64,000 nt of DNA from Octopus vulgaris (Eukaryota). This document shows, one piece after another, positions 38,918 through 51,584 of this stretch (positions are counted from its first letter, which is position 1; every line of letters begins with the position of its first letter). The stretch lies in the NCBI GenBank assembly GCA_951406725.2, contig OX597842.1, positions 4,278,001 through 4,342,000 of the forward strand. The letters run 5' to 3'. The translations under genes and the position numbers were made by a program. Below the pieces are notes generated by a model. The model worked only from the letters and a program-made list of their open reading frames with translations, was not told the DNA's origin and made no database searches.

Positions 38918-39000
38918 GTGCTACTATTAGTTTCATGTGCTGAAAGAATGCCACACGGTATTATTAACACGTTTGGTGTCCTAGCACAATCATCAGGCAC
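38918..39000 (-). ncRNA. Type-I minimal hammerhead ribozyme motif, intact
   Basis: Minus strand GTGC-CTGATGA-T-TGTGCT..AGCACA-T-GAAAC-TAATA-GTA-GCAC; near-palindromic ACTAATAGT stem III. Confidence 0.8.
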
Positions 39001-39968
39001 TGCCCACATGGCATAACGAACTAAAAATTGGACGATAGGATGAGAGAAAAGGCGAGAAACAAGTAGATATAAAAAGGTGGGAGGTTAAAAACCGGAAAAA
39101 GTAAAAGTAAATTGAAAGAAACAAAAGAGGGGTATTAGAGTTATTTCCCCCTTAGACCGTAAAATATAAGGCAGAAAAGATAGTAGCTCAAGTGTCTGTG
39201 GTGCAGTTATTCAGTCCAGAGACGGTGGTGCTTTCCAATTCGTCAACAGGAATTTAGCCATATGTTTACAACCCCTGAAAATTTGGGATCTAGAATTCAG
39301 CAGTGAAAAGAATCTGGGTTCTTTCAACTACGCATACCTTACTTTATATTTTTATCCGTTAACATATGGTGTGGATTTTTCGACCCCCAATTTACTGTAT
39401 TCCATCCGCAGACACGAAAAGACCTTATATAGATCCCGGTTGAGAACCCTTGCTCTAAACATTCAGCGCTTGCTGTAGCGCACCTTCGTGAGATCAGAAT
39501 GCACCCAAGGGACCCAAGTTAGAAACTACTGGTCTTAAAGAACTGGCAGTAACATATTGAGAAGGCTTAACGTATTCATTTGCATACATGATGAACCCGT
39601 CTGTTTATGCGCACTTGTAGGTATTTGTATGTATAAATGCTTGTATATATGTATACATGTGTGCATATGTAAGTATGTGCGAATGCGGGTATGTCTGCAT
39701 GTATAGATAGAAGGTTTGGAGATGATATACAGGTATTTTATATTAGAGGAAATGAGGTAATCAGAAATTCGGATGCTTTTATATTTACAGATATTTATTT
39801 GTATATTACATGTTTTTATGTATATATATATTACATGTTTATATATATATAGGGAGAGTTCACGAAAAAAAAACAAAAGACGAAGACTGGTTGTGTAGAA
39901 AACAAACAGATGTATTAGTATAACGCTGTAGATATGTATGTGTATATTTATGTACTCATTAATGCGTG

Positions 39969-40001
<33 letters not shown>

Positions 40002-40863
40002 CGTTTGTTCGCAACTTTACAACTGAAGAGCAGAAATATATACGACACAACGGTGACCAAGGGCACTAGTGGACACCAGTATTGCTAGAAATGAGAGTTA
40101 TCTTAACGACTGACACTTGTCACTTATTATGACAGATGATTCTTGTGCTGACTAGTGCCCTCAGCCACACACACATATATATATATGTGTGTGTGTGTGT
40201 GTATGTGTACACGTGTTCATATATATTTATATAAGTCATAAGACTTGTGGGTTTCATTATAACTGTGTATGTAACACGTATACATATACGCATGTGCACA
40301 TTGCGTGTATACATAAGCACGTGTGTATGTGTGTGTGTAAACATGCATATATGTATGTAAACAAGCTATATGATCAGGTCTCACCCTTTGCCCTCTCCCC
40401 TTTCATCTATATCAAACCGCTGCTCTGGGATATTCCATTAACCTTTCAATACCACACGTAATGTCAACATATTAGCAGAAAGTCTTGCATTGGGGCAGCT
40501 GTTTACTCAATCGCTCTCTCTCCCTCTTTCATATATATATATATACATGTATACATGATATATGTATAAATATATGCACACACACACACACATACACTTT
40601 TATTAAAGCTCTCTCTCACACACACACACACAAATTTCGCAAGCTGTTTACTCAAAGGCTTTCACGTAACCGGGCATTAGAAAGTCGTGATAATACCGAC
40701 TGTAGTATCAAATCAGTCTGATGGACGGTTACGTGGAACGCTGAGTAACAGTTCCTCAATGGGTTTTTTTTTTTTTTGTTTTTCGGCATTAATAGAATAG
40801 CATTTTTATTCTACCTTTCGTTTATGAATACTATTATTTCCACTTTGTTTTGCACATGCCTAC

Positions 40864-40897
<34 letters not shown>

Positions 40898-40949
40898 TAG
40901 GTAGATAGATAGATAGATAGATAGATAGGTAGGTAGGTAGGTAGGTAGG

Positions 40950-40980
<31 letters not shown>

Positions 40981-41099
40981 GTAGATAAAGATAGATAGAT
41001 AGATAGATAAGTAGATAGATAGATAGATAGGTAGGTAGATAAAGATAGATAGATATATATAGATAGATAGGTAGGTAGGTATGTAGGTAAGTAGGTGGG

Positions 41100-41156
<57 letters not shown>

Positions 41157-41158
<2 letters not shown>

Positions 41159-41555
41159 GCGTGGTTGTGTAGTAAGTAGCTTGCCTCGCAACCACATGGT
41201 TCCGGGTTCTGCCCTGCTGCGTGACACCTTGGGCAAATTGTTTTCTAATATATATAGCCTCAGGCAGAGCAAAGCCCTTGTGAGTGGATTTGGTAGCCGG
41301 AAACTGAAAGAAGCCCGCCGAATACGTGTGTGTGTGTGTGTGCACGCGCGCGCGTGTTTGTGTCTTTGTGTCCCACTACGATCGCTTGACAATCGATGTT
41401 GGTGTGTTTACGCCCCCGTGAGGTAGCGGTTCGGCACAAGAGACCGATAGAATAAGTACTAGGCTTACAAAGAATAAGTCCTGGGGGTTGATTTGTTCGG
41501 CTAAAGGCAATGCTCCAGCATGACCGCAGTCAAATGACTGAAACGAATAAAAGAA
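41157..41555 (+). mobile_element. SINE family A, full length
   Basis: Consensus match, following a (TAGA)n tract. Confidence 0.88.
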
Positions 41556-41580
41556 TATATTATTATGTCAGTATATGTAG

Positions 41581-41639
<59 letters not shown>

Positions 41640-41766
41640 ATCCTACAGACATTTATTTTTACGTGTGTTGACTTCTGTATATGCGAGTGTCTCTGTATAT
41701 ATCATCTTCAAGAACAATCTGCTATTTGCATTAATATCTTACCACACACCACACATACAAATATGC

Positions 41767-41801
<35 letters not shown>

Positions 41802-41884
41802 CTTATACAGTAAAAGAAAACAAGCTCAGCTCTCTCTATCTCTCTCTCACTCTCTCTCTCTGTATGTATACATATATAAATATA

Positions 41885-41934
<50 letters not shown>

Positions 41935-42260
41935 CGCACACATACATACGGCCATGTTGAAGTGGCTACAAACATTACTTATTATATACGCACACGCACA
42001 CACACCTACACGCTATACACCCGTACATGTTCATGTACTCAAGTTTGCTATTGTTGCATAAACAATAAACCGGATGGTGAAGGTTTCACTTCCGGTTACA
42101 TAATAGTTTTACAAGAAATGTATTACATGCGCAAGATCCCACACAAGGGAAACACCAGAGGAGTGGGGCTTTTTTCAATGTTAGTGCGTAGGAATACATG
42201 CGTGCACGTATAAATGTGCGTGTGTCTGTGTGTGTGTGTATTATTTATCCTTTATTATTA

Positions 42261-42310
<50 letters not shown>

Positions 42311-42428
42311 GTGTGTATATTGATATATATATATTTGAATGTAAATCGATATATATCTACATTTGTTTCTGTGAGTGTACATACATACATACATATACAT
42401 ATATATGGTATATGTATGTATATATATA

Positions 42429-42459
<31 letters not shown>

Positions 42460-43419
42460 GGACACAGATCCACACATATGTAAACTTATGTGTATCTGTA
42501 TATATATATAGATAGCTGTGTATGCATATATGTATATATATATATATACATATACATACACACACACACGTGTGTGTGTGTACAAATACACGTGTGTGTC
42601 ACTCTAAATGCCCATTTTCTATGTTGAATTGTTTGAAGTAGAATTTGGAAAAACATTAAATAAAAAATGAACGCAGCTATAAAGATGAAAGATTACAACA
42701 CACACATCCACACTACTTTTGTCTTGTAATGAGTTTTCAGTTTGAGAGGGGCACCGTATTATGATGACGTCTGTAATTCCAGCTTTTGTTCTTGTTTCGA
42801 GTTGGCAAATTCCGACATTGTTGTCATATTCCTTCGTCTGTCTGTATTTATGCCAGACAAGTATATATGTCTATATACGTCTGCACAGACCGACATGTAA
42901 AGATACAGTATCAGACGCAGACGACAGAGGTGCCGCGAGTTACACTGTTGAAAGAAATGCTCAGACGTTCACACATCTATTCATCTCTTACTTTCTACTT
43001 GTTTCAATCATTGAAACCGCTCCATGCCGAAAGGTTTCAGTCGAAGAAATCAACTCCAGAACATATTTGATAGAAGGTTGTTTTTTATTTATTTATTTAT
43101 TATTTTGATAATTCCATTATTATTTTGTCTCGGCGAATCTTCTGTTTAGCGACTGCGACTTAGAAACACGGCGAGCTGGAAATAGCATCAGCGAACCGTC
43201 AGACACCGGTGTTTCGACATAATTTCGTCTCCTAGGGATATACACACTCATCGATGTATTTATTTAATGCTGTTTCAAATAACACACACACACACACACA
43301 CACACGCGCATACACACACACACACACACACATACACACACACACACGCACGCATACACGCGCGCGCGCAAATTGTAACTGTAATAATTTTTCGCGCACA
43401 AGTGTGGATGTATAAGCGT

Positions 43420-43820
43420 TAGCGTGGCTGTGTTGAAGGAAGTTTGCTTCCCAACCGCGTGTTTCTGGGTTCAGTCTCAATGCGAGGCACTTTGGACAAG
43501 TTCCTTCTAACATAGACTCGGGCTGACCACAGCATTGTGATTGAATCTGGTAGACTGAAACTGAAAGAAGCCCGTCGTATATATGTATATATATGCATGT
43601 GTGTGTATCTGTGCTTGTCTCCCCAACATCGCTTGACAACCGATGCTGGTGTGTTTACGTCCCCGTAACTTAGCGGTTCAGCAAAAGACAGCGATAGAAT
43701 AAGTACTAGGCTTACAAAGAATAAGTCCTGTGGTCGATTTGCTCGACTAAAGGCGGTGCTCCAGCATGGCCACAGTCAAATGACTGAAACAAGTAAAAGA
43801 GTAAAAGGAGAGTAAAGAGT
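43420..43820 (+). mobile_element. SINE family A
   Basis: Diverged head and a well-conserved 3' half. Confidence 0.85.
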
Positions 43821-44252
43821 GTGTATGTATATATATACATACATATATACATGCATACATACAATCAGAGAAATTATAGGTAGAATATTTAAATGGCGTT
43901 AAAAGCGATGTCCTCTAGCATTAACACACACTTGGTCCTACGTCATTTCCAAAACTACTGACAGTTTTTCATTTGAAATGGGCCTATAAAAAATAATTGC
44001 CATTTTAAAGTCATCAGATGTGCACGAATAAGTCACTGTAGATTTTACTGTTCCCCATACATAAAAGCCTCGTTAACTAAGAAACTGGGCCGTAAATCTT
44101 TTGAAAATTAGGGAAGTCTCCAGGAATTAGATTTAAAAATACCATAAGCCTGCTGGATGTGTACAGTAGCGCCGTCTTGTTGAAATCATGTGTAATTCTC
44201 TTATCATTAAGTTGGGAAAAATTCTCCGAAAATGATATATATATATGTATAT

Positions 44253-44599
44253 AACTTATAAATAATGGCAAACGAAAAAATTTCTAATGCCAAATATGCC
44301 GAAATTAGACACCTTGTCCATAACCATATAATTTTTCACAATACGCACGCTACCCAAAAAAGGTCGATAGTGATAAATGTGGCTACATTCATCCACATTT
44401 ATCACTGACGAAGGGAGGGTTCTTACGAACTAAACCCTGAAATCGGTCCGATATGGTAATAATGGAATTTTTTAGAAATTTCTATTGACCTTTTTTGAGT
44501 AGCGTGAGTATTGTGAAAAATTATATGGTTATGGACAAGGTGTCTAATTTCGGCATATTTGGCATTAGAAATTTTTTCGTTTGCCCTTATTTATAAGTT
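44253..44599. repeat. Inverted repeat (~118-bp arms) enclosing an intact hammerhead motif
   Basis: 44253-44370 mirrors 44482-44599; the loop has TTATCA-CTGACGA-AGGG..CCCT-GAAA-TCGGTCCG-ATA-TGGTAA (44399-44459). Confidence 0.88.
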
Positions 44600-44688
44600 G
44601 TTTAGAAATTTAACCTTTAAAGATATTTTTTAATATGCTGGCCATTGATAAAATTTTTTTTCGAAAAAGTTTTATCCTACATTAAATA

Positions 44689-44730
<42 letters not shown>

Positions 44731-44731
<1 letters not shown>

Positions 44732-44885
44732 GACGGGTTTCTTTCAGTTTCCGTCTACCAAATCTACTTACAAGGCTTTGGTCGGTCCGAGATTATAGTA
44801 GAAGACGCTTGCCCAAGGTGCCATGCAATGAGACTGAACCCGGAACCATGTCGTTGAGAACCAAGCTTCTTACCACACCTGCGCC
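44731..44885 (-). mobile_element. SINE family A head plus core
   Basis: Reverse match to the family A 5' half. Confidence 0.85.
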
Positions 44886-44913
44886 TTAAATCACTAAAGT
44901 TAAAGTGTGGTCG

Positions 44914-44977
44914 TAGAGTGACCAATGCTTTCGCATCCACGACAGCAGAAGCCTTATGGGTAGCTCATCAGACTCTA
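44914..44977 (-). ncRNA. Type-I minimal hammerhead ribozyme motif
   Basis: Minus strand TAGAGT-CTGATGA-GC..GC-GAAA-GCATTG-GTC-ACTCTA; perfect 6-bp stem I, one stem III mismatch. Confidence 0.72.
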
Positions 44978-45198
44978 TACAAGGACAAATTTAACTCTCC
45001 TGGACCAGCGATTAATTGGAAGTGGAGATCTATTTCGTAATATCCCTTACGAGCCTAATCAGCGAAGGGAGAATCCCTATTTTGCAGGAGGTAGCGCTTG
45101 AAATGGATACATTGGGTGATTTATTTCTTTATATTAATAAGGAGAACTGAGATTTTTCACATCCTTGATTTTATTTAACAATTATTTGCAGAATCTTT

Positions 45199-45611
45199 GG
45201 TACTTTTTGGTTATCTCACCCCCATTAAAAAATTGCCATTAAAAAACTGGGTTATCTCCCCACTAAAAAGTTGAGTTTATGTGGCAGCAGGAGATTGGAT
45301 TAAGAGGGTCAGATCCTTTTGATTCCCTACTTCAACACATTGTAGATGTTTGGCCTCCTCAAAAGGAATGCTATGATTTGTTATAAAAATGTTATTAGAT
45401 TCAACAAGATGTTTAATTTTTTTAGTTTTCATGTTTATTCGTTTTTTTCAGTTTTGTATGATTTCTTATAAAAATATCAGATTCAAAACGATGTTTCATC
45501 TTTTCACTTTTCATGTTTATTAAAATTTTTTTTTCATTCAGTTTTAAGCAATTTTTTAGTTGGGGGAGATAACCCAATTTTTTAATGGGGGTGAGATAAC
45601 CTAAAAGTACC
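45199..45611. mobile_element. Merlin-like MITE
   Basis: ~60-bp TIRs GGTACTTTTTGGTTATCTCACCCCCATTAAAAAATTG.. / ..CAATTTTTTAATGGGGGTGAGATAACCTAAAAGTACC; 8-bp TSD GAATCTTT/GAATCCTT; GGTAC terminus; internal ~90-bp tandem repeat. Confidence 0.75.
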
Positions 45612-45624
45612 GAATCCTTTACTG

Positions 45625-45707
45625 GACCTATGCACGTTTCAAGTGCATCGACTCCAAACGTTGGATATACAACCTGGAGTCATGGTCGTTGCAGTTTCAT
45701 CAGAGTC
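45625..45707 (-). ncRNA. Hammerhead motif with long stem II
   Basis: Minus strand GACT-CTGATGA-AACTGCA..GACTCCA..TGGAGTC..TGCACTT-GAAAC-GTGC-ATA-GGTC. Confidence 0.65.
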
Positions 45708-46382
45708 TCTACCCTCTGCCGTTTCAAAATGAAACTGAATGGATTTATGAATGTGTAAAAATCTCCATTCTCTTTATCATTGTCAATAGTATGTAATACT
45801 CTACGGAATTTATGCACTCCTGAATAGGACACTGGGATTTACCCAGCGAGTTTACGTCCCCGCAAATTAGCGGTTCGGCAAAAGAGACTGATAGAATAAG
45901 TCCTAGGCTTAAGGAATAAGTCCTAGGGTCTATTTGTTCGACTAAAACCTTTGAAGGTGGTACTTCAGTATGTAAAAGAATAAAAGAATGAGTTTGTATG
46001 CGCGTGCCCGTGTCATTGCGTCAGTGTTTCTTCCCTCCCTCCCTCCCTCTCCCACTCAGCTTGGCAACCGGTGATGGTGTGTTTGTGAATCTGTAACTTA
46101 GCGGTTCAGCAAAATAGACCGATAGAATATGTACCAGGCTCAAAATTAATAAGTTTTGGGGTCAATTCGTTCCACTAAAATTTTTCAGTGTGATGCCGAA
46201 TCGGGTAAAACATAAATGCTTACCTAGAAATATACTGGGATCCCTTGTTACCATATATGGCATGTTATACATATTATGTATATGTACGTCAATGTATATG
46301 TATATCTGTATGAATGTGTTTATAAATATATTACGTATAACATAAATATAAATGCATTATATAAACACACACATATATCGTT

Positions 46383-46423
<41 letters not shown>

Positions 46424-46468
46424 CTTTCGTTAGTTATCACAAAGTCTGTCTGTCGGTCTCTTTGGGGA

Positions 46469-46513
<45 letters not shown>

Positions 46514-46767
46514 TCTGTCTGCCTCCCTCTCAATCACATCTTATCAGTCACCTTTCTCTCTCTCCCTCTTTCTCTCAGCACCCTTTATCTACCCGTTTAT
46601 CAATCAACTTGTCATCGCCCCATTACTCTGTCCCTTCTTCCACCCTCCTCATTGCCCCTCTCTTTCGCTTACTCTTTCTTTTATCTCTACCCACCTCTCT
46701 ATCCTCTATGTTTGTGTGTGTTTAGCACTGTCCATTCGTGTGTGCCTATATGTGTGTCTGTGCATGC

Positions 46768-46813
<46 letters not shown>

Positions 46814-47216
46814 TAAATATATATACTGTAAATATATATTAAATGTTCGAAATATACATTTAATGTATAACGATACAAAGTTACTAATAGTTTCTTGCTG
46901 TGAAGACACGTGTTTAGGCAGATTTTTGTAACACGCGTTATGCCTCTGAGCAATTTTTAGGGTCTGAACACATGGTCTGCCCTATTTCAAAATCATAATG
47001 CTGGTACATGAGAAATCGTGAGAAAAACGAGAAGGTTGATGCAAAAATTGGAAGTGTAAACAAAGGGGACGTAACCAATTATTTTGCAAGAACTAGTTTT
47101 ATTTACAGTCAGAACAGACGTAGCTCTGGTTTTTTTTTTCTTTTCCCCATTTTATTCACCTTTCCACTTTTTGCATCACCCTTCATGTTTTGTTTTGTTT
47201 TTTTTTTCTCGTGAGT

Positions 47217-47387
47217 GGCGCAGGAGTGGCTGTGTGGTAAGTAGCTTGCTAACCAACCACATGGTTCCGGGTTCAGTCCCACTGCGTGGCATCTTGGTCA
47301 AGTGTCTTCTGCTATAGCCCCGGGCCGACCAAAGCCTTGTGAGTGGATTTGGTAGACGGAAACTGAAAGAAGCCCGTCATATATATG

Positions 47388-47420
<33 letters not shown>

Positions 47421-47625
47421 TTGTCCCCCTAGCATTGCTTGACAACCGATGCTGGTGTGTTTACGTCCCCGTTACTTAGCGGTTCGGCAAAAGAGACCGA
47501 TAGAATAAGTACTGGGCTTACAAAGAATAAGTCTCGGGTCGATTTGCTCGACTGAAGGCGGTGCTCCAGCATGGCCGCAGTCAAATGACTGAAACAAGTA
47601 AAAGAGTAAAAGAGAGTAAGAGAGT
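47217..47625 (+). mobile_element. SINE family A, full length, young
   Basis: GGCGCAGGAGTGGCTGTGTGGTAAG (A box) .. GGGTTCAGTCCC (B box) .. (GTAAAAGA)n tail. Confidence 0.93.
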
Positions 47626-47659
47626 GATTTATGTAGCCATTATTGCTGTCTACTTCGCT

Positions 47660-47835
47660 ATACGTTTGACATTGTAATCCAAGGTACTCTATGTCTGAAT
47701 AAAAGATGAGTTGGTTACAGCTGGAACACTTTTGATCATAGACCTACTGGATCAGTACTGGCCTGGGGTTAAACAACATCGGCTACAACTGCTATTAATT
47801 ATTCTACTTCACATTTGATAATATAGTCCTAGATA
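47660..47835 (+). repeat. ~140-bp repeat, cluster 3 (~1.3 units)
   Basis: Same unit as 26985 and 35450. Confidence 0.8.
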
Positions 47836-48117
47836 GACGGTCTACATCTCTCGTCTGCGATCACCTCCTTGTTTCACATGGACGATCTTAAGGATGACAT
47901 CATGGCGGAATTATTTAATATCATTGCCAGTTATGTGGTGACGCGTTAACTCAAAGGAATAGTCTTCGGCAGCCTGGAATCGCTGCAGCCACTTCAACTA
48001 CTACCGCCGCCGCCACCACCACCACCACCACCACTACTACTACTACTATTACTACTGCTGCTGCTGCTGTTGCTACTACTGCTACTACTACTACTACTAC
48101 TACTACTACTGCTGCTG

Positions 48118-48149
<32 letters not shown>

Positions 48150-48196
48150 ACTACTGCTACTACTACTACTACTAATAATAATAATAATAATAAACG

Positions 48197-48507
48197 CACT
48201 CCATCGGTTGCGACGACGATTGCTCCAGTTGATCCAATGAACGAAACAGTCTGCTCATGAAATTAACGTGCAAGTGGCTGAGAACTCCACAGACATGCGT
48301 ACCATCAATGTAGTTCTCACAGATATTCAGCATGACACAGAATGTGATGATAAGGCTGGCCCTTTGGAATATAAATACAACTCATTCTTGCCAGCTGAGT
48401 GAACTGGAGCAACGTGAAATAAAGTGTCTTCCTCGCGGACACAAGGCGCCGCCGGGAATCGAACTCACGACCTTACGACCGTTAGCCGATTGCTACACCC
48501 ACTAAGT
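48197..48507 (-). mobile_element. SINE family C
   Basis: Reverse match to 16071-16387. Confidence 0.88.
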
Positions 48508-50139
48508 CGTTACTACTACTAATGCAGGAATATTAAGGGAACAAGAATATGTCTGCAGCGCACAAGGAAGTTTGTAGGCCTTAATAGGTGTGGAGGACCG
48601 TGGGAATATGATGATGTTGCATAGGAGGGCTTAGAGTTAGTTAAGGGTAGAGAGAGAGAAAGGGGTGGGACTGGTGTGGTGGTGGGGTGTTGGAAGAAGG
48701 GTCAGGTGGTGATGGTGGTTGGGATGTTGTGTGATATTGTTGTTGCTGTAGTTACAGTCTTAAGCACCATTTGACGCGCTCTGATTGGTTTATCTCTCGC
48801 ATATCTGCGGCCATTAGCCACGCTCTAATAAGCGTTGCTGATGGTATACGCATGCATATTATATGTATCTTAAATACACGTGTATCTAATGCTTATGTGT
48901 ATGGAAGTGTGTTTATGTATGTATGCATGTATATATTGAGGTGTGTGTGTATGTGTGTGTGTGTGTGCGTGCAAATATGCATGTAGGTATATGTATATAT
49001 AACATACTTTTATACAAATATGGTTATGCATAAAGGCTCACACGAGTGTGCGTGTGTATTTACGTACATACTTATATAGATGTGTGCATATATACGAATA
49101 TATGTGTGTATATTATCTGAACACATGGATAACTGGATATGTACATATTCATATATATATATGTATGTGTACATATGTGCGTACGTTTTGTGATCATAGA
49201 TATGTGTACAATTTGTACACGTATGTATGTGTATATTTTGCAGATATATTGTACCGTTTATACTCTCACGTATAGTTTCCCACACATTTGTGCTCGCGTG
49301 GATATAATTATATATACATAGATGTCTAGTGAGAGATTTGTGATATATTTACGTGTGTATACCTTAACTCCATATATACAAATATACCTGTATCCACACT
49401 TTCTATTCATACTCAAACACATATACACTCACGCAATATTCATACATATTTCACACGTTTTTCAACATAAACATACGCCAATTCATTGTTGCAGAAGAAA
49501 ATGTATACATATTGACATATTCCTTTCTTTCTTTCCTTCTCTTCTTCTTCTTTCTCTCTCCTAATGTATTCTCGTATCTTTTTCATCGCTGCCTTCTCTC
49601 AACGTAAAAGTCAACACTGATCGTCTGCTTTCTGATTGGTCGACGCTATCGTCTGCTTCCTTTCATTTCACTGATTGTGCCATTTTCTTTGCCTTTTGCT
49701 GCTCTCTGGACAAACAATCTTCCAGTTGTTTTTGTTCGTATTATCTATAAAATAAATTTAACCAATAGATAAATTATCAAACTAGTTCTGTATTATCTCA
49801 ACTAGATTTAGCAACGTATACAACGTGTCAGATACTGAACAGTTTTCTGTTTCTTTAGTTGCTGGTTCTGGAAAGATGAGGCAAGGTCTATGGCTTTTGC
49901 AGGCCTTCCTATACCGGTGAGGCTGATGTCATTAATCTTCTTCCTGAACTCATGTAAAGTTAATAACTGTGGGAAAGATATAAGGAGTGAGGAAAATCCA
50001 TAAGGCACGCTTCAGGAAGGGACTGGTTATGGTGATTAGAGCGTTGTCTGCGAAGTTGGACACAACCGGAGACCAGTGTGTCGGAAATGAAGGGGGCACG
50101 AGCCCCTACCTAGATCTCGAGGAAGGAAGGCAAGTAAAA

Positions 50140-50672
50140 GAGATAGAGAGAGGTGATAGCTTGCCTATGGGTAAGAAGCAAGAGTGTGTCTGTAAGTGGT
50201 TCAATGCCAAGAGAAATAGAGACCATTATATTGTAGTAATGATTGAAAAGACAGAGAGAAGAGACAGTGTGTTTGTGGGCCAAAGACTGGAGTGTGTCTG
50301 TGAGTGGTTTAATGCCAAGAGGAAGAGAAGCCATTGTAGTAGTGAATAGATAAAACAGAGTGGAGGAGGAGACAGTTTGCCTGTTGATCAGAAGATGGAG
50401 TGTGGGTGGGGAGTTAATTCCAAGAGGAACGGAGGCCATTATTGTAGTGATAGATAACACAGAGAGAGGAGACAGTATGTCTGTGGATCAGAGGCTGGAA
50501 CAGCGGTCGTTATTGTAGTGATAGAAATGACGAGAGATGACAGCATACCTATGGATCAGAGGCTGGAGTGTGTCTGTGAGTGGTTTAGTGTCAAAAAGAA
50601 ACGGAGGCCATTATAGTAGTGATAAGACAGACGGAGAGAGTTGACAGAGGCTGGGGTGCATCTGTGAGTGAT
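50140..50672. repeat. Minisatellite, ~105-bp unit, ~5-6 diverged copies
   Basis: Repeats of GAGACAG..CTGTGGATCAGAGGCTGGAGTGTGTCTGTGAGTGGTTTAATGCCAAGAGGAACGGAGGCCATTATTGTAGTGATAG. Confidence 0.85.
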
Positions 50673-51584
50673 TTTATATCGGTGTCGAGTGGCCCTTATC
50701 TTCATGGGTTTTAGCTCTGTCCCAAATGTGTGAAAAATATTGTATTGTGGACTTCAATCAAATAGGCCTTTCTCTGCAAAAGCTATGAAGTATTTTCTAC
50801 CATGAACAGGCCGTATTGTGTAAACGGTTTTATGTTACTATTGAGATTGTTGAGAAACTTCATAATAGATATCAATGTAAGAGAGAGAGAAAGAAGTTAT
50901 TTTGAAATTGTTCGTAAAATGGTTATAGCCAAGACTGGCGTTACAATTTATTTTCATGGATCTTACCAACCATAAATAAAGTCTTCCAATCCATGGAAGT
51001 TACTAAAAGATTTAACAGCAATATTGAGCTGCTCTGTTGTTGTTTTTCCCCTTTTTTATTTCTTTTATTTTTAATTTGTATATCTTTCATTCTTTAACAA
51101 CACAAGCGGTGTTAGATACCTATTTTTAGTCCGCCATGGCTTTCCGGTTTCACGTGGACGTTGGAATTGATTAAACAAACAAACAAATACAGTTTTTCAA
51201 CACCTCCTACACACATTTCAACACCAACTTACGTATGAACATATCTTCTTTTCGTCGTCCTCGTCGTTCGTCACCTTCTCCCTTTTCCTCTCAACGCATT
51301 CTTCTTGCATCTTCTTCACCATTCCAATTTTGTTGCTTTCTTCATTTTCTGTTTCGTTTTTCTCTCTTATGCTTTTCTTCTTTTATTTCTTTCTTACACA
51401 TCGCCTTCTTACCCAGGCGAAACATTCATCACTTCGCTATTTCTCTTCAATCTTCTGACTCCATGTTACTCTCGTCTGCTTTCTCTCATTTTTATATTTC
51501 CGCCATTACATTCCTATTCTTTTCGAAAAAACGTTCGTTTTTTATCACTTGCTTTTTAAAATCATTTTATTTATTTATCTTTGC

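Noticed and set aside
39310-39532. Possible hAT-type MITE ends (GGTTGAGAACCCTTG; GTTAGAAACTACTG)
   Set aside because: The partner TIR is too degenerate and no TSD is identifiable, so boundaries cannot be supported.
46215-46240. Second possible ratchet site on the minus strand (TATATTTCTAG|GTAAGC)
   Set aside because: The pyrimidine tract is short and interrupted, a competing AG lies just upstream, there is no clear branch point, and it is on the opposite strand to the strong site.
47217-47290. tRNA-like sequences (A/B boxes) here and at 16320-16387, 29912-29985 and 8518-8605
   Set aside because: They are SINE heads continuing into SINE bodies, with no complete cloverleaf or acceptor stem.
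47878-47949. Short protein-looking ORF MDDLKDDIMAELFNIIASYVVTR
   Set aside because: Only 23 codons, with no convincing splice sites and no recognisable homology.
50001-50010. TAAGGCACGC, equal to the first 10 nt of miR-124 (also a miR-10-like ATCCGAATTTGT at ~29294)
   Set aside because: The match stops after 10-12 nt and there is no precursor hairpin, so it is a chance match.
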